A stretch of DNA of 61,444 bases, filler included, from Basidiobolus ranarum (Eukaryota), in NCBI GenBank assembly GCA_040143965.1. It is 3 parts of 3 records of this genome, joined end to end, with 100 filler letters (N's around TTAATTAATTAA, not from the genome) between each part and the next. Parts side by side here need not be neighbours in the genome. Positions count along the whole stretch, not along the records: positions 1 to 20,495 come from JASJQH010000227.1; positions 20,596 to 40,971 come from JASJQH010000229.1; 1 more part is not named here. One strand, written 5' to 3'. Within the stretch, counting starts at the first letter, position 1, and each line of letters opens with the position of its first letter. The notes below the pieces were generated by a model. That model worked only from the letters and a program-made list of their open reading frames with translations. It was not told where the DNA came from and did not search any database. Made by a program: the position numbers and the translations under genes. Below are positions 9,606 through 22,417 of the stretch, piece by piece.

Positions 9606-12144
9606 TGTCGTGGAGATTTCCAAACTGATGAGAAGTAGGATATAGTTACTTATATAAGGGTAATGATTATATGAATTTCTACAAAACCTAGGTTAATCAT
9701 ATTCGTCACACCACAGCGCAAATCTCATTCGTCAATGCACTGGATGCTTTCCCACCCTTAGCATATATGTTTGATGCGAGATTCAATTAATTGATTTATG
9801 ACTACCAAGTCCTGTAACATGTCCAAGAGCTTATTACTATACCAGCAAAGGGCTATGATCTACCGGAGAAAATAATAGCCCACACGTTAATAACGAATAC
9901 TGCGGACTGACATTCAAACAATACTTTGACCAACTAGATTTTAAGTTTCATCCCTTTTTTATCTGTGAGTGGTAGGTCTTCAGAACCATGTGTGGTTTGA
10001 TCTGATAAGGTCTGTAGTATAAAATAAATATAAAGACGCATCTCTCAAAGAATGAGTCAAGCAAATATGCATATTTGATTCATAGATGAGCAAGCCAACT
10101 TCTCAGATAACTTGTCTGCATCCAAGGCTTGCCTCGCCCCGCCCTCAATCTTAGTTGGTTTTTACTACTATATAGACAGGTTCGCAATGGCTCGTATTTC
10201 ACCATGTTACACTGGAAAGACAACCCTAACTTTGTTCGTACTGAGAACATCGCTAATCATCTGCACCCCCTCTATTATTCAGTATGCAATACACTCATAT
10301 GCACTGCAAAAGTCCAACAGCATTTCACATCAATGTTTCTAATCTTAACAACATCAGTACCGTCATGATCCACTATTGCTAGGTCCCGAAGCATCTAATT
10401 GGATGATACCTTGGACCGAATTTCGGTCTACAATTATTATAGTACTTCTTAGCAAATACTGAACATCAGACATTACAATGGCTGATACTGAAACAAGTCG
10501 TGAATGTGTATGCCCAAATTTGGAACAGGTGTGTGGGTAAATATCAATGGAAATCCTGATATTGCATATAAATAAAATGACTTGTTTGTCGCCATATAAC
10601 GTAGTATGTTGCTCTGTTCAACTTTTATGATGCGTTGAAACGTAACTAAATGCTTGAAATGACATAAAACCTCACTAATTGAGAGTTCCCTTAAATCCAA
10701 CTCTGAAAAATACTGCCTTTTTTTGTTGATGAGTTAAGTTCACGAATTGATATTGCAATATAGGAGTAACTTTACAACGCACTAGAAGTTACAAGTGTGC
10801 TCACATCTACAGTCAATGTTGGACTAACCTGAAAGCAGTTGTAGATTTGATAAGGCCCATAGTATAAAGTGAACATGAAGATGTATCTCTCAAAGAATCA
10901 AATAAGCAAATATGCATATTTGATTCACAAGTACATGTTGAAATTGCAGAGAACTATAAAAGAGCACAGTCTTGACTCAATTTATCCATCAGACAACCAC
11001 CAGTTGAGCTCACAACAAACCATCATGGAATACTGCTGCGATAGCAACTGCTGATTAGGAAGTATTTCGCCGAGTTATGATATGACTGAAGGCATTTTTG
11101 TTAAACTGGGTGCATGATTTGGTATTGGAATAGACGGTAAAAGAAGAAGCTTCCTGGTTACTTCGATGGCAACAACTGTGAATGTAAAACTGCATGTAAA
11201 TATGATCACAAAGAGAGTACAATTCGTAATGAGCACACAAGGTGAATTAGGGTTTGGCGCCATTACTCATTGGTTGGAATGTTATTAACTTCTGTCACTA
11301 TTTAATAATAGAACCAAGAATATATTGTCATGATGCAAAGCTATGGAGCTCTTGTGCATCCAAGTTAGCATATAAATATGTTTGGGTTCAGTATATATCT
11401 TAGCAAAGCTACAATGAAAACAGCAGAACCACCTGTACTCAACGAGAATGAGGCTCTTATCATCAATCAGTTCATGGACCAAAATCTATGATGTGGTAGA
11501 TAGAAAGTGTTATAAATGATTGAGCTTCCATCAGTGCTTCTGGTCAGTATTCTGATACTCTTTCTGATACTACTGAATGCCATTACCATGTGCTCTCTCT
11601 TTGTAAAGTATAACCTATGAAATGCTATATATAGATGCTATGGCCATGGCCACGCTAACCAATAACCAAGCATCGTGTTGTATGCATATATCTCACGTTA
11701 TGGTACTCAGTTGACCAATTATTTTACTTGATTGCTGCCAAGGATAAGTATACTATTTAAAGCAAAATTTATTTTAGGATTTGGCTTAAATTCTGAGTCT
11801 TAAACTTGGCAATGTAATAAACTCCATGGCTTAGTGGCTTAGATCTTCCGCTTCCCCACCATTTTCCCAATTTACCCTCTGGAAATTCGATTGTTTCCTC
11901 TAATACGTATTCTGGCTAGCCCACTTGGGGATCATTTTCTATCAAATAAAGAAAAAGGCTCATCTCCGCAGCACTCATAGCGAAGAAGTGAAATAGCTCC
12001 TATATGAATATATATTCCAAAGAGATCAATCCGAAACGCTCAGGGATGCTGCGGATAGTGTGAATCCTATAAAATGGACGAGTATAATCACGAGTCGAAT
12101 GCTTTTCTGCCAATATCTCACCGACTTTCAATCCACTTGTTGTC

Positions 12145-12810
12145 ATGCGTCGGGAAGGTCGTACCTTTTCACCTCACTTTAATCGTCAACGACATACGAA
12201 TGCCACTATCCGTGTATGTGATTGTGTAACTCCTACTCATCTGGCCATGCCCAAGCTTAATGATGGTCGGATCATTCTAGCACCTGGGGAATCTCCCGAA
12301 CTTTTTCATAAAGCTCATCGACTAGCCCTTCTACGTTCAACTCTTTCGAATGCACCCAACCAAATTGAAAATCTGCGATTAAACGAGAATTATCAACAAA
12401 TTCAGTCACTAATGGATGAAAGGGATTCGGCTAAAATGGAGCTAGAGAAAGCGGAAGTTGAATGGAATCAACTGGTGGATGAAGCTTGGGAAAAATCGGA
12501 ATTGAATATCTCATATGAGGCATTTGAATTATCTCTCCCTAGACATCCATATCCGCTTTCATTCGAAATTCACTCCCATTCGTTAGATATCTACCGTTCT
12601 ATTCATCACTATACCGCCATGGAAGAGGCCCATTTTACTGCTGGTTGGGGTCGTGAAATGCAAGCTAGTAATCGTAAGGCTACAAGACGTTCTCGAAGAA
12701 CCTTGCGGGAAGGTTCCAAGAAGATGGCTAAATTTTGCAAGAAAGGTGGTAAAATAGAGGAGGTTACAGATAGATATGATGATATTTGTTTCGATAAAAA
12801 ACCTTGGTGA
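12145..12810 (+). CDS. Hypothetical 221-aa protein (coiled-coil middle, basic C-terminus)
   Basis: Intronless ORF with TATAAAA at ~12068 and an AT-rich 3' region; no family recognised. Confidence 0.55.
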   Translation: MRREGRTFSPHFNRQRHTNATIRVCDCVTPTHLAMPKLNDGRIILAPGESPELFHKAHRLALLRSTLSNAPNQIENLRLNENYQQIQSLMDERDSAKMELEKAEVEWNQLVDEAWEKSELNISYEAFELSLPRHPYPLSFEIHSHSLDIYRSIHHYTAMEEAHFTAGWGREMQASNRKATRRSRRTLREGSKKMAKFCKKGGKIEEVTDRYDDICFDKKPW

Positions 12811-13280
12811 AAACATACATTGTAAAAAAACAAAGATTGTATATTATTTAGTACATGTTATTTCTTTTGAAGTAATCCTTGGATTTACTCATGTTTGCAG
12901 ATCAGTTATTCTTTTCTACTAGTCCGTCAATGGTTATGACTCGTGAGCTAACCAAATATATATATATATAAATACATAAAATATGATCTATTCGTATTCC
13001 TCAAACTTAGTTTCGTTTTTTGCGTTTATTAATACATGCAAAAATTGGGAATAAATGTTGGATAATTCAGTAAACAATCAATAAATGAAGGGTAAGATGG
13101 CAGGAAAAAATTACATCAAATTCTCACGAAAATGTCACAAGGGTTGAAATTGGGATAATTAAAGAAAAGTAGGCGGATGTGACAAGCTTGGCTGCCATAA
13201 GAGAAATATATTCATGGTCATTTGGGCTTGATGGGTGGTAGGGAACGGGGATACCAATATTAAGTGCTACGAAAGGATTT

Positions 13281-16200
13281 CTAGTGGCGTCTTTTACCAG
13301 ACTTTGACCCCTTGAGGTTAAGTTTTCCTTTGGACTTGAGAGATGTGGGATTTAATGGAACATAGGCATAAGGATCAAGACCTCCCTTCTTGACATCGCC
13401 ACCGGCCCTTTTAGCCTTGTATTCCTTACCAACATTCTGACTACCCTTAGCAACGTTTTGGCCATCCTTGCCTCTGCGTCTCTTATTTTGACCTTGAGCA
13501 CCGGCAGCTGGGGTTTCCTCCTCTTCGGGGAAATCATCCTCATTTCCTCTACGCTTGTTGTTGAACTTGATCTTATTACCAACGCGAGTGAATCCTTCCT
13601 TGGAAGTCATAGCCTCAAGATAATGGCCCTCAGCTTCGCGTAGAGCTTGTTGCTCGGCAGTGAGTTCGACGGGCTCATTTTCAGAATCATCGGAAGACTC
13701 ATCAATCATAATACGACCATCTTCAGAAGCCTTGAAATTAGCCCCAACAGGTTTAATTTGTTGACTTCTCTTGTTTGGTTTAGTGGAAGTGACTTGGGAG
13801 ACGGCACGTCTATCCAAGAAATCAAGGGGACCTTCATTATCTTCCCTGATCCAGGATTGAGCCTGACCCTTCTTCTTGGGCTTAGATTCACGATCAACCT
13901 CCATTTGATCCTCATCCGAATCCTCGATTTCACTGTCACTACCATACAAGACATCCTCGTAAGCACTGTTGAAATTGGATTTCTTCTGAGTAACATCCTC
14001 CATCTCTTCATCTTCCTCAGCACCATCAGCAGCCTTAGTCTTCTTTCTCTTAGCACGTTCCTTTCTCTTCTTGATATTGATGACCAACTTCTTATGTTCC
14101 TCTGGGACGAATTGAGCGATATCTTCGTAACCGAATTTACGAATTAATCTCTCAAAAATATGACGAACCTTAGCCTTGAAATGAGTTTTATGTTCATGAG
14201 ACCAAATGAGGATTCCAGTGACGATATCCGAAAGATGAGCTCTCAAGAAGACTGGTTCAAGGGTGAGAACGGCGACTTTAACGAAACCAAGGGCCGATTT
14301 AACGATTTCTCGGTTGGTAGAGATGACGAACATACGAATCGTTTTCAATAGATCATCAACGATAGATTGTGATAGACTGGATTTGAATTCGAATAGAAGT
14401 CTGGAAAGGGAAGTAATGGTAGCTGAGATCATATGAGCTGAAGAACCAGCCAGACCTGCAGTTACCATAGTGAAATACTCACTGATGTTAGCATTTTGAG
14501 TATCGGATTCCATTTCTCCGGCCATGACGACACCTCCTTCTTCCATACGATTACCCATTACGACAAGGAGATCGTAAGCAAGATTACGTGAGCGTTCGTT
14601 GACTTCTTTGGTGCAAACGATTGCTTCCGAGAGGATGGAAGGAATCAAATGAAGATCATTCGATGGAAGCACTCTAACTACATTAGTGAGTGCCTTAAGA
14701 CGCTCCTTCTTAGCTGAAGGAGTGGTGGTGAGAGTAGCGTCCAAAACCTTGGTTTGAAGTTCCTCGATATTACGACGTAAAATCTCTTTTCCATTCTCGC
14801 ATTCACTCATATTATTGATAGCCTTGTAGGCTTTCTTTTGTAAGATTCCGTCTTCCTCTTGTCCGATCAAAGCGATAACGGTCTGGAATAGACTGGCTAA
14901 GCTCTCAGTATCCAAATAAATAACCATGGCAATAGCAAGATCCATCATAGTGTGTGCCATAGGAGGAGCGCTGGAAGCATCTTGGGCGGCGTTAGGAGTA
15001 TGATTTTTCAAAGCATCTGCCAACAGATGATGTACCTTTTTGAAGGTAGCATTAACATCACTTTCTCCGGTGATCTTCAAGAATAGTCGGATAGTCTCTA
15101 AGATATAACCACGATATTCAGGAAGAATTTGACTGAAAATGTTAAAGAATATAGCCAAAAAGTTAGTAGCGAATCCAGCCAAATGCTGGACATTAGCCAC
15201 TGCATCACTCTTCTCGATAAGGTATTGTTTCTTTAGAATTTCATCTTCGATTTCGGATTTACTTAATTCGAGATTCTTTTGGATCAAAAGTTGTAATGAG
15301 GTGCATACAACGGGACGAAGTTCTGCTTCACTATAGATCATATTACCCAAGAGCTCAGCGAAATCTCTATCGAATGCGGTGGTAAGATCGGTAGGAAGAT
15401 GACAGAATCCAGGTAATAATCCCCAGATTTGTTGTACCAAAGCTTCATAAATCTTAGCTTCGATAGCTCTTCCTCTGTTGGTGAACTTCAACACCACCCC
15501 TTGAAGACGTTCACTAAGGGGAACAAGCTCCTTAACAAAGTATTCAAGTTCGGTGTTGATGATGTTCTCCTTAAGAATGGGAAGTAACCAAGCACGACCG
15601 ATTTGTTTAGCATCAGACGATGGATTTTCCAAGTTCAAAGGCAAAAGGCTCAAGAATGTACGAGGACCAACGACCGCGATGATAACCCCCAAAGTCTCAT
15701 CAATTTCTTGCTTGAGTTCCATACCATCCGCAGCTCTCATATCAGCGATCAACTCAATAGCACGATTGAGAAGAGGAGTAGAGGAACGACCAAGTTTCTT
15801 GAACAAAGTGTTATAGATGCTCAATATACCCGGCCAAGCAGCTCTATAACGAATACTCAATCCCGATTCCAACAAAGAGGCGATTTTCTTCAAAGGATTT
15901 TTGGATTTTTCATTGATACCGAGGACCATTTTATCCGTGACGCAGTTCCTGATGAAACTAGACAAACATTCGGTAGCTGCGTTAATGATTTGCTTTTGAT
16001 CACATTCAAGGTCGGGGAAGATAAGTGAGAAGATCAAGCCCAATTGACGGGAGCATTTTTCTTCATTACATTTAGCGTATGCCTCATAACCATTGCTCAT
16101 AATTTTAAGCCAAGAGGTAGAAAGATGAACGTCATTAATATTTGGCTTCATTTCCATCAATGTTTGAAGTAATCCTTCAGTATTCTCTTCACCAAAGTCT

Positions 16201-17027
16201 TCACTACTATGTTGGAAGAGATTTTGGAATACTTCGAATACTGCTACCGTAAGATAACTATTATTAAATTTCGGTAATTGTAATAATACTTCGCATAGAG
16301 AGTTCAATAATCCAGCTGGCCATGCGAATACTATGGGCTTGATGAGAGCAAGGATGTGAAGTGCTGAACTAGGGTCAGATTTAGTACTCTCCTTCAATAC
16401 TTTAAGACAGAAGTCTGCAGCTGGGAAAGAAGCTGGATGTTGAAGGGTAGGTGGGGGTGGGTGGGAGAGAATCTCATGGATAGCTTCTTGAGCTCTTCTA
16501 CGGACCTTGGGTCTTCCATCCAAGCAGTTCAACATCAAGGTTGTGAAGGTTTTCTTGGCAGAGGAGTTACTCCAAGTGGCACTATCTTGAGCGACAAGAA
16601 GTACTTCCAAGCAGGTGATAGTAGCACGGATAATTGGAATAGAGTCTTGACTATTTTCAAGTGTATGTACTAAGGTAGTTAACAATTGAGAATATTTGTT
16701 TTTAAGAACGTTCTGGGAGAGACTAGAATTCAGAGAAGTTAGAAACCCCGGGAAGAAAATAGTAGGGTCAAGCATAGAGTGAACCACTTACTGAGGGAAT
16801 ACAAGACTGAGTAGGTAAACTACGGCTGCTTTAATTTCATTTCCACTATCAACTTCTTGTTGTTCTTGAAGGAGAGTGAACAAAGTAGCAAAATAAGCGG
16901 TTGGGGAAGGTTGTACATTTTGTTCTTTCAAAGTATCTTCAACAGCCAAGAGAGTTACAGCAGCATACTTTTGGGTTTCCACAGTGGAACTCACGTTAAT
17001 TCGAATCTTTGAGAAAATATCCTCCAT
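13281..17027 (-). CDS. RRP12: Ribosome biogenesis HEAT protein Rrp12 (NUC173 domain), 2 exons
   Basis: DGRPKVRRRAQ, GRAWLLPILK, QIWGLLPGFC, NREIVKSALGFVKV, YKAKRAGGDVKK..DPYAYVPL; intron 16723-16791. Confidence 0.97.
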
Positions 17028-18257
17028 CTTGAATATGTATTTGAAAAAAGGAAGACACTAAAAAAATTAGGGAGATTTTGAGCTCGTCTATATATAAATT
17101 GGACGAATACGATAGTAGTTGAGTGTAAAGATATGATATCTCTAAGAGCTCTTTCAACTATTATCCTTGTCTATATGGTTGGTTGTGTCCTTCCTTCCTT
17201 TTCCACAGGTGAGAGAGAGCCCTAATTCTTCACAGCATTGGCGAAAAAATCTTGGAATTTTTTTATTTTTTTTTCAACAAAAAAAACCTTGCAAATTGTT
17301 TGCCTGAAAACGGATAATATAATACCGCTTTACCGCTAGATACTCGATATTATCTATCCAATGATAGTGCGTTAGTTCGAGGAATTTGATATTATTGAAG
17401 TAATGAATTTTGATCACTATCAATCCAGATTTAACTCTTGTTTGCTCAGTAAAGTTGATTAAAATCAAATTTACATAACTCTAACCAAACGCATATAATA
17501 TAATCAGAAAGAGATTTTGGATTTATAGTAGTCGCTACAGTTAGAATCACACTAATTTGTCTCACCACAGAAGTTTCGATGGAACTAGATGGGAAGGAAT
17601 CAGAACAGAGATGGTGTTTGATTAATAGAGTTAGTTAGGGAATTTAAGGTTATTGAAAATATCTAACCTCTATCTGGTCAAATAATGTTACTTTATATGG
17701 CTTTGATGGGGCGCTTTCTGACTTGTATTATAAGGCCGCGTATATATTAAATTTTACCAGCTCTTGCAAATCGTCTTGTCTAACATTAAGTGGCAAGTGA
17801 CACGGACTAAGACCTCTCTCTCATGCAAACCATAGCGCTCGCCATAACGCCATAACGGCCAAACAATGATACCTTTTAGGGATGATTCATGTCCCCTGCT
17901 ATTCTTATCCCTTATTTCCATCAAAAGATAGTCATCAGCCACAAGTTTTTTAAATTCTCATGTCGCCTCATTTCCTTATCAACAACATAACGAACAAATA
18001 GCATTCGAATGATGTAAATTCGATTTCCAAGTCTAACGAATGCCCTACGTAAAAGGGGCTTTGTGTAAGGTGAACTTAACCTGGATACTCAAAGATCTTT
18101 TCGATTCCGAACGCTGACCAATAATGAGTAAACGTACACATCCATGGAAATACGGGAATACGAAAGTGTAAGGAGTGGCAAAACAGTAGAAAAGAGGTGA
18201 GAACGCTCATCACAATACTCAAATTCTCTTCGTAAGGAAGACTTTTCTCAATTAAAT

Positions 18258-20029
18258 ATGTCTTCTCTGAAGTCCACCACACCTTCAAGTTACTCCCCTG
18301 ACACCGAGAAAGTAAGTCTTTAAGACTAAAGAGATTTTCTACTGTGTACTTATTCCATCTTCATAGACAGGATGTGATCTAGAATCGACCACAATAGCCG
18401 TGATGGAGGATGAGAAATCTAACCATATCAATCCTCTCGTAAGTACCTCGAGTTCGGGTCCTTAATTCCTTTACAATTCCTCTTGAGGTTATATTCACTT
18501 TCCACTCATAATATAGACTTGGAAGAAATCCAAAAAGATGAGAATTCTGTTTATGGTAGCACTTGTTGGATTTCTGGGTCCATTGGCAAGCGCAATTTAC
18601 GTAAGTTTACTGGCGAACTATTCTTTTTCGTGAAATTCATTAACGAGTAATTTCGTAAACAGTTACCAGCGCTGGTAGATGTGCGTATAGCGCTTAATAC
18701 CGACATAAGTACGATCAACGCGACAGTTTCTTGCTACATGCTTTTCAGTGGACTTGGGGTAAGGGCTTAGAAAAATTTATGTATGTAGTATGATAACTGA
18801 TATCTGAATATTCAGCCATTGTTTTGGGCACCAGTTTCTGAGCGACATGGCCGTCGCATCGTATACTTGCTTTCCATTGTACTTTTCGCTATAGCCTCGG
18901 TGCTTTGCGCCATTTCCAAAAATATCATCATGTTCATTGTAATGCGGATTCTTCAGAGTTCTGGCAGTTCCGCGGCTATGGTAGTCGGGGCTGGCTCAAT
19001 ATCGGATTTGTTTGAATTGCAGGAGCGTGGTACCGCTATGGGTAAGCGAAGAATTCTGCAGAGTATTTTTAAAATTGTGGCTAATTTTGCATACGATAGG
19101 TCTCTTCTTCGTTGGTCCATTAGTTGGCCCTATTGTTGGATCTATGGTCGGGGGTATGATTAATGAGTATTTAGGCTGGGAATGGATCTTTTGGTGTTTA
19201 ACCATTCTAAGTGGGGCAATTCTAGTGGCAAGTTTCTTTTTCTTACCAGAGACTTACCCAGCAAAGTTGAACAATTTGAAGCAATCCGAGGACAAAAGCC
19301 AGTTCCCTAATCCATTTAAACCTTTGTATTACTTGAGATACCCGGCTGTTCTCATGATCACCATCTACCCAGGTATCATATTCGGCATCTTGTTTCTACT
19401 ATTGACACTACTATCTGAGACATATACTACAAATTATGACCTTTCATCATCGCAAGTTGGTTTTTGCTACGGTGTTGAAGGGGCTGGAAGTGTACTTGGG
19501 ACCATCTTCGGTGGCGTATATACTGATTACACCTTACGCAAGCAGATGAAAGCTCACGGGGGTGTTCACAAACCCGAGATGAGATTACACGCCCTTTGGA
19601 TTGGTTCTTTCCTGGTACCAGCAGGGTGCTTTATATACGGATGGTTACTCCATGTTGATAGTCACTTTGTGTTACCATTAATCGGTCATTTTCTCTGTAA
19701 GTTTTATATCTCGTACTTGATTCATTCTTAAAATACTGATCCCATTAATTTATTTAGTCGGGTTCGGTGTGAATATCATCATTGCCACAAGCAACACTTA
19801 TTTGGTGGACGCATTTCCCGAATACTCCGCATCTATCTCCAGTTGCGCTAACTTTGTACGAAACTTGTTTGCTACTCTCACTCCACTATTTGCTCCCATA
19901 ATGAGAGAGAATTTAGGTGATGGTTGGATGATGACCATATGGGGGATTATCACTGGAGTCAGCGTAATTTTACCTATCTTGGTGTTATATAGAGGGGAGA
20001 GATGGAGAGATTCAGCTTACAAAAAGTAA
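18258..20029 (+). CDS. MFS drug:H+ antiporter (DHA1 family), multi-exon; the start may be at 18144
   Basis: NPLTWKKSKK, PLFWAPVSERHGRRIVY, GAGSISDLF..ERGTAMG, GPLVGP, LPETY, PEMRL, TYLVDAFP; GTAAGT..AG introns join the frames. Confidence 0.93.
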
Positions 20030-20335
20030 TCTGATGAGATTCCCCTTAGTTTTGAAATTTAACCCACTTGTGAATACTTCTTGATTTTTGTTCTGCAATT
20101 CCGTCCTAATGATTTCCTTGTATAGAATAAACCATTTACGTCTTCATCGCTTATAAGAATACTCAACAATAATAACCATACCCAACAATACCAGGTGAGC
20201 AATAGAATCATGAATGCGAGAAGCATTGTAGTTTATGAGATACAAACTGATCAGTTGTTACTAAAAATATTTAATTGCTGGAAGACGAGAGTTTTACAAT
20301 GGAGAAGTGAAAGTGTATTTAAAGAGTGAACACGT

Positions 20336-20495
20336 TTAAGCTTTGGATGCAGCTGCCTTAAGGCCTGCTTCAATACGACGACCATATTCCTTATCTGCTC
20401 GCTTGAAGTGTCCAACTTGACGTGCTTGAATCTCCTTCTTGGCATTCTTCAAGTGTCCAACAATATTCGACACAAGTCGCTCTTGTTGCTCTTTG
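20336..20495 (-). CDS. Catalase C-terminus, truncated by the assembly gap
   Basis: EQQERLVSNIVGHLKNAKKEIQARQVGHFKRADKEYGRRIEAGL, typical of the C-terminal helices of monofunctional catalases. Confidence 0.85.
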
Positions 20496-20595
20496 NNNNN
20501 NNNNNNNNNNNNNNNNNNNNNNNNNNNNNNNNNNNNNNNTTAATTAATTAANNNNNNNNNNNNNNNNNNNNNNNNNNNNNNNNNNNNNNNNNNNN
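20496..20595. other. Artificial contig spacer (N44-TTAATTAATTAA-N44)
   Basis: N run containing a six-frame stop linker. Confidence 0.98.
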
Positions 20596-20705
20596 TAAGT
20601 AAATTCCGATTGAGAATAATTGATAATATCTTAGTGAATTATAAGATAACTAAGTACTAAGCTATATATGACTATATAGGTGTTTAGGCAATGCTAATTT
20701 CAACA
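20596..20705 (-). mobile_element. LTR-A terminal fragment at the contig start
   Basis: Ends gtgtttaggcaatgctaatttcaaca; near-identical reverse complement of 40547-40630. Confidence 0.9.
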
Positions 20706-21438
20706 GAAAGTTGCATCTTTGTCAATGAAAGCTCCTCTGATTTGGACTTTGTTTGGATACTAATATATTTCCGTGTTTGTGACATCACTTCTTCCGAGTA
20801 TAATCACACTCGGTGACAGCTTCATCATAGATATGGCATTAACACCAAATATTACAAGGAATTAGACTAGGACTGGAGCTAAGTGCTGAGATGATACCTA
20901 GCCATAGAAAATAGAAAAGCAACACTTTAAATAGCAAATACTTACGGAATTACTGTGGATAGTTGATTGGATGCAACGCTAGAAAATAACAAGTCAAAGA
21001 ATGGCTACTCTCAGCAACTACACAATAGTAGAGAGTAGACGGTCAGAAATAAAATCACGAAAAGGACTATATATAAGATGAGGTACTTGTATCATTTTGC
21101 GTTGTTATTGCTATTAGATATGTGACCAAGTATTACATGAGAGTATATTAATTAGCAAACTAGTATTAACTTGGACTTAGTATCTGAATTAGCAAACAAG
21201 CATTAACTTCGACTTCATCTAGTATTATCACTTACAATCAGCTAAGATTAATTATTATAGATGCTCAATCAAATAAAAACGCTACACTGCCATAAGAATG
21301 GGATCCTTTGATTGTTATCCGATGCTAACACTAAGTCAATGTGTTGTAAGTGAACAATGATAAGGGGACCAGGATTAGAAAAATTCGCAAATTTTATTGG
21401 ATCATTAAGTCGAAATATATACATGGAATATATACTAC

Positions 21439-22086
21439 TTAACGACTGTTAGCGGCAACAGCGGGACGAGCTCCCTTAGCTTGTTGCTTGGAGATCTTGG
21501 GTTGAGAAGCACGAGACTCCTTCTTCTTAATTTGATCAGCCTTCTTCTGATCCTTAGCATCACGAATAGCAGCTTGACGAGCGGCAGCACGTACTTCAGG
21601 CTTTTGGTTACGCTTAGCACGGATGGCTTCCCAGGAAGCACCAACGACGGCACGTTGATGTTTAACGGCACGACGGGTACGCTTCTTGGCAACCTCTTCG
21701 GTGATACCCTTCTTGTGCATACGACGGTAAACAACGGTCCAGCTAATTTTACGTGGGTTCATACGTTGTTGGAAGAGGGACTCGGTCTTGGAGTCAACAA
21801 AGCGGAAAACCTAAACATCAATACGGTAAATATCACAAATATCTATACTCCCTTGGGAATAAATCAGACTTACTTTGCTGTCAGAACGAACGAAGAGTCT
21901 ACCATGACCAGGATAGATCTTGTAACCAGAGAAGGAGCAGATTTCGATCCTAATAATACAACAGACATTGACGTTTAATGAAGTGTGGATGGATGGATAG
22001 TTGAATGTGTAGGATAGTAATGATTGTATGTATGCTTGGTGACCATTTCATATTCCATAATTTGGGGTGGTAAATACGTACTTCAT
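21439..22086 (-). CDS. RPL24: 60S ribosomal protein eL24, 3 exons
   Basis: [49 protein letters not shown]; 5-nt first exon, intron 21950-22081. Confidence 0.97.
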
Positions 22087-22417
22087 GTTAAAATGATTGC
22101 GAAACGAAGGAAGAAAGATTCGTTTATTCGCAAGAGTCAAAAGAAAGGGAGTTCCAAATCAATTGTGACATTCTTTTAATAAAATCATGACCGGGGACCA
22201 GATGCAATTTTTCTTCATCAAATCTGGTTGGATCTCTCCATGGGGATCAAGGGACAACAATAGATATAATCAGTGAAGATGAGAATGAAGACGGGTGTAA
22301 GTGGACGGGTGATGGGGTGAGGGGTTGAGGGGGATTAGTTACTATAATGGGCTTTACAGAGTAAAAGTGAGGAATCAGAGAATGGAAGGTTTAATTACAG
22401 AAACGATGTCCAAGAGT

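Noticed and set aside
13352-16673. Many overlapping ORFs within RRP12 (likewise within SSC1, SMC1, NDK1 and RPL24)
   Set aside because: Alternative-frame or antisense shadows of strongly conserved genes
20540-20551. TTAATTAATTAA palindrome inside N runs (also 41016-41027)
   Set aside because: Synthetic linker added when contigs were concatenated
20706-21080. Gene truncated by the LTR (TATA box and intron-like signal on the minus strand)
   Set aside because: No intact frame or recognisable motif
21950-22081. snoRNA hosted in the longer RPL24 intron
   Set aside because: No convincing C/D or H/ACA box arrangement seen
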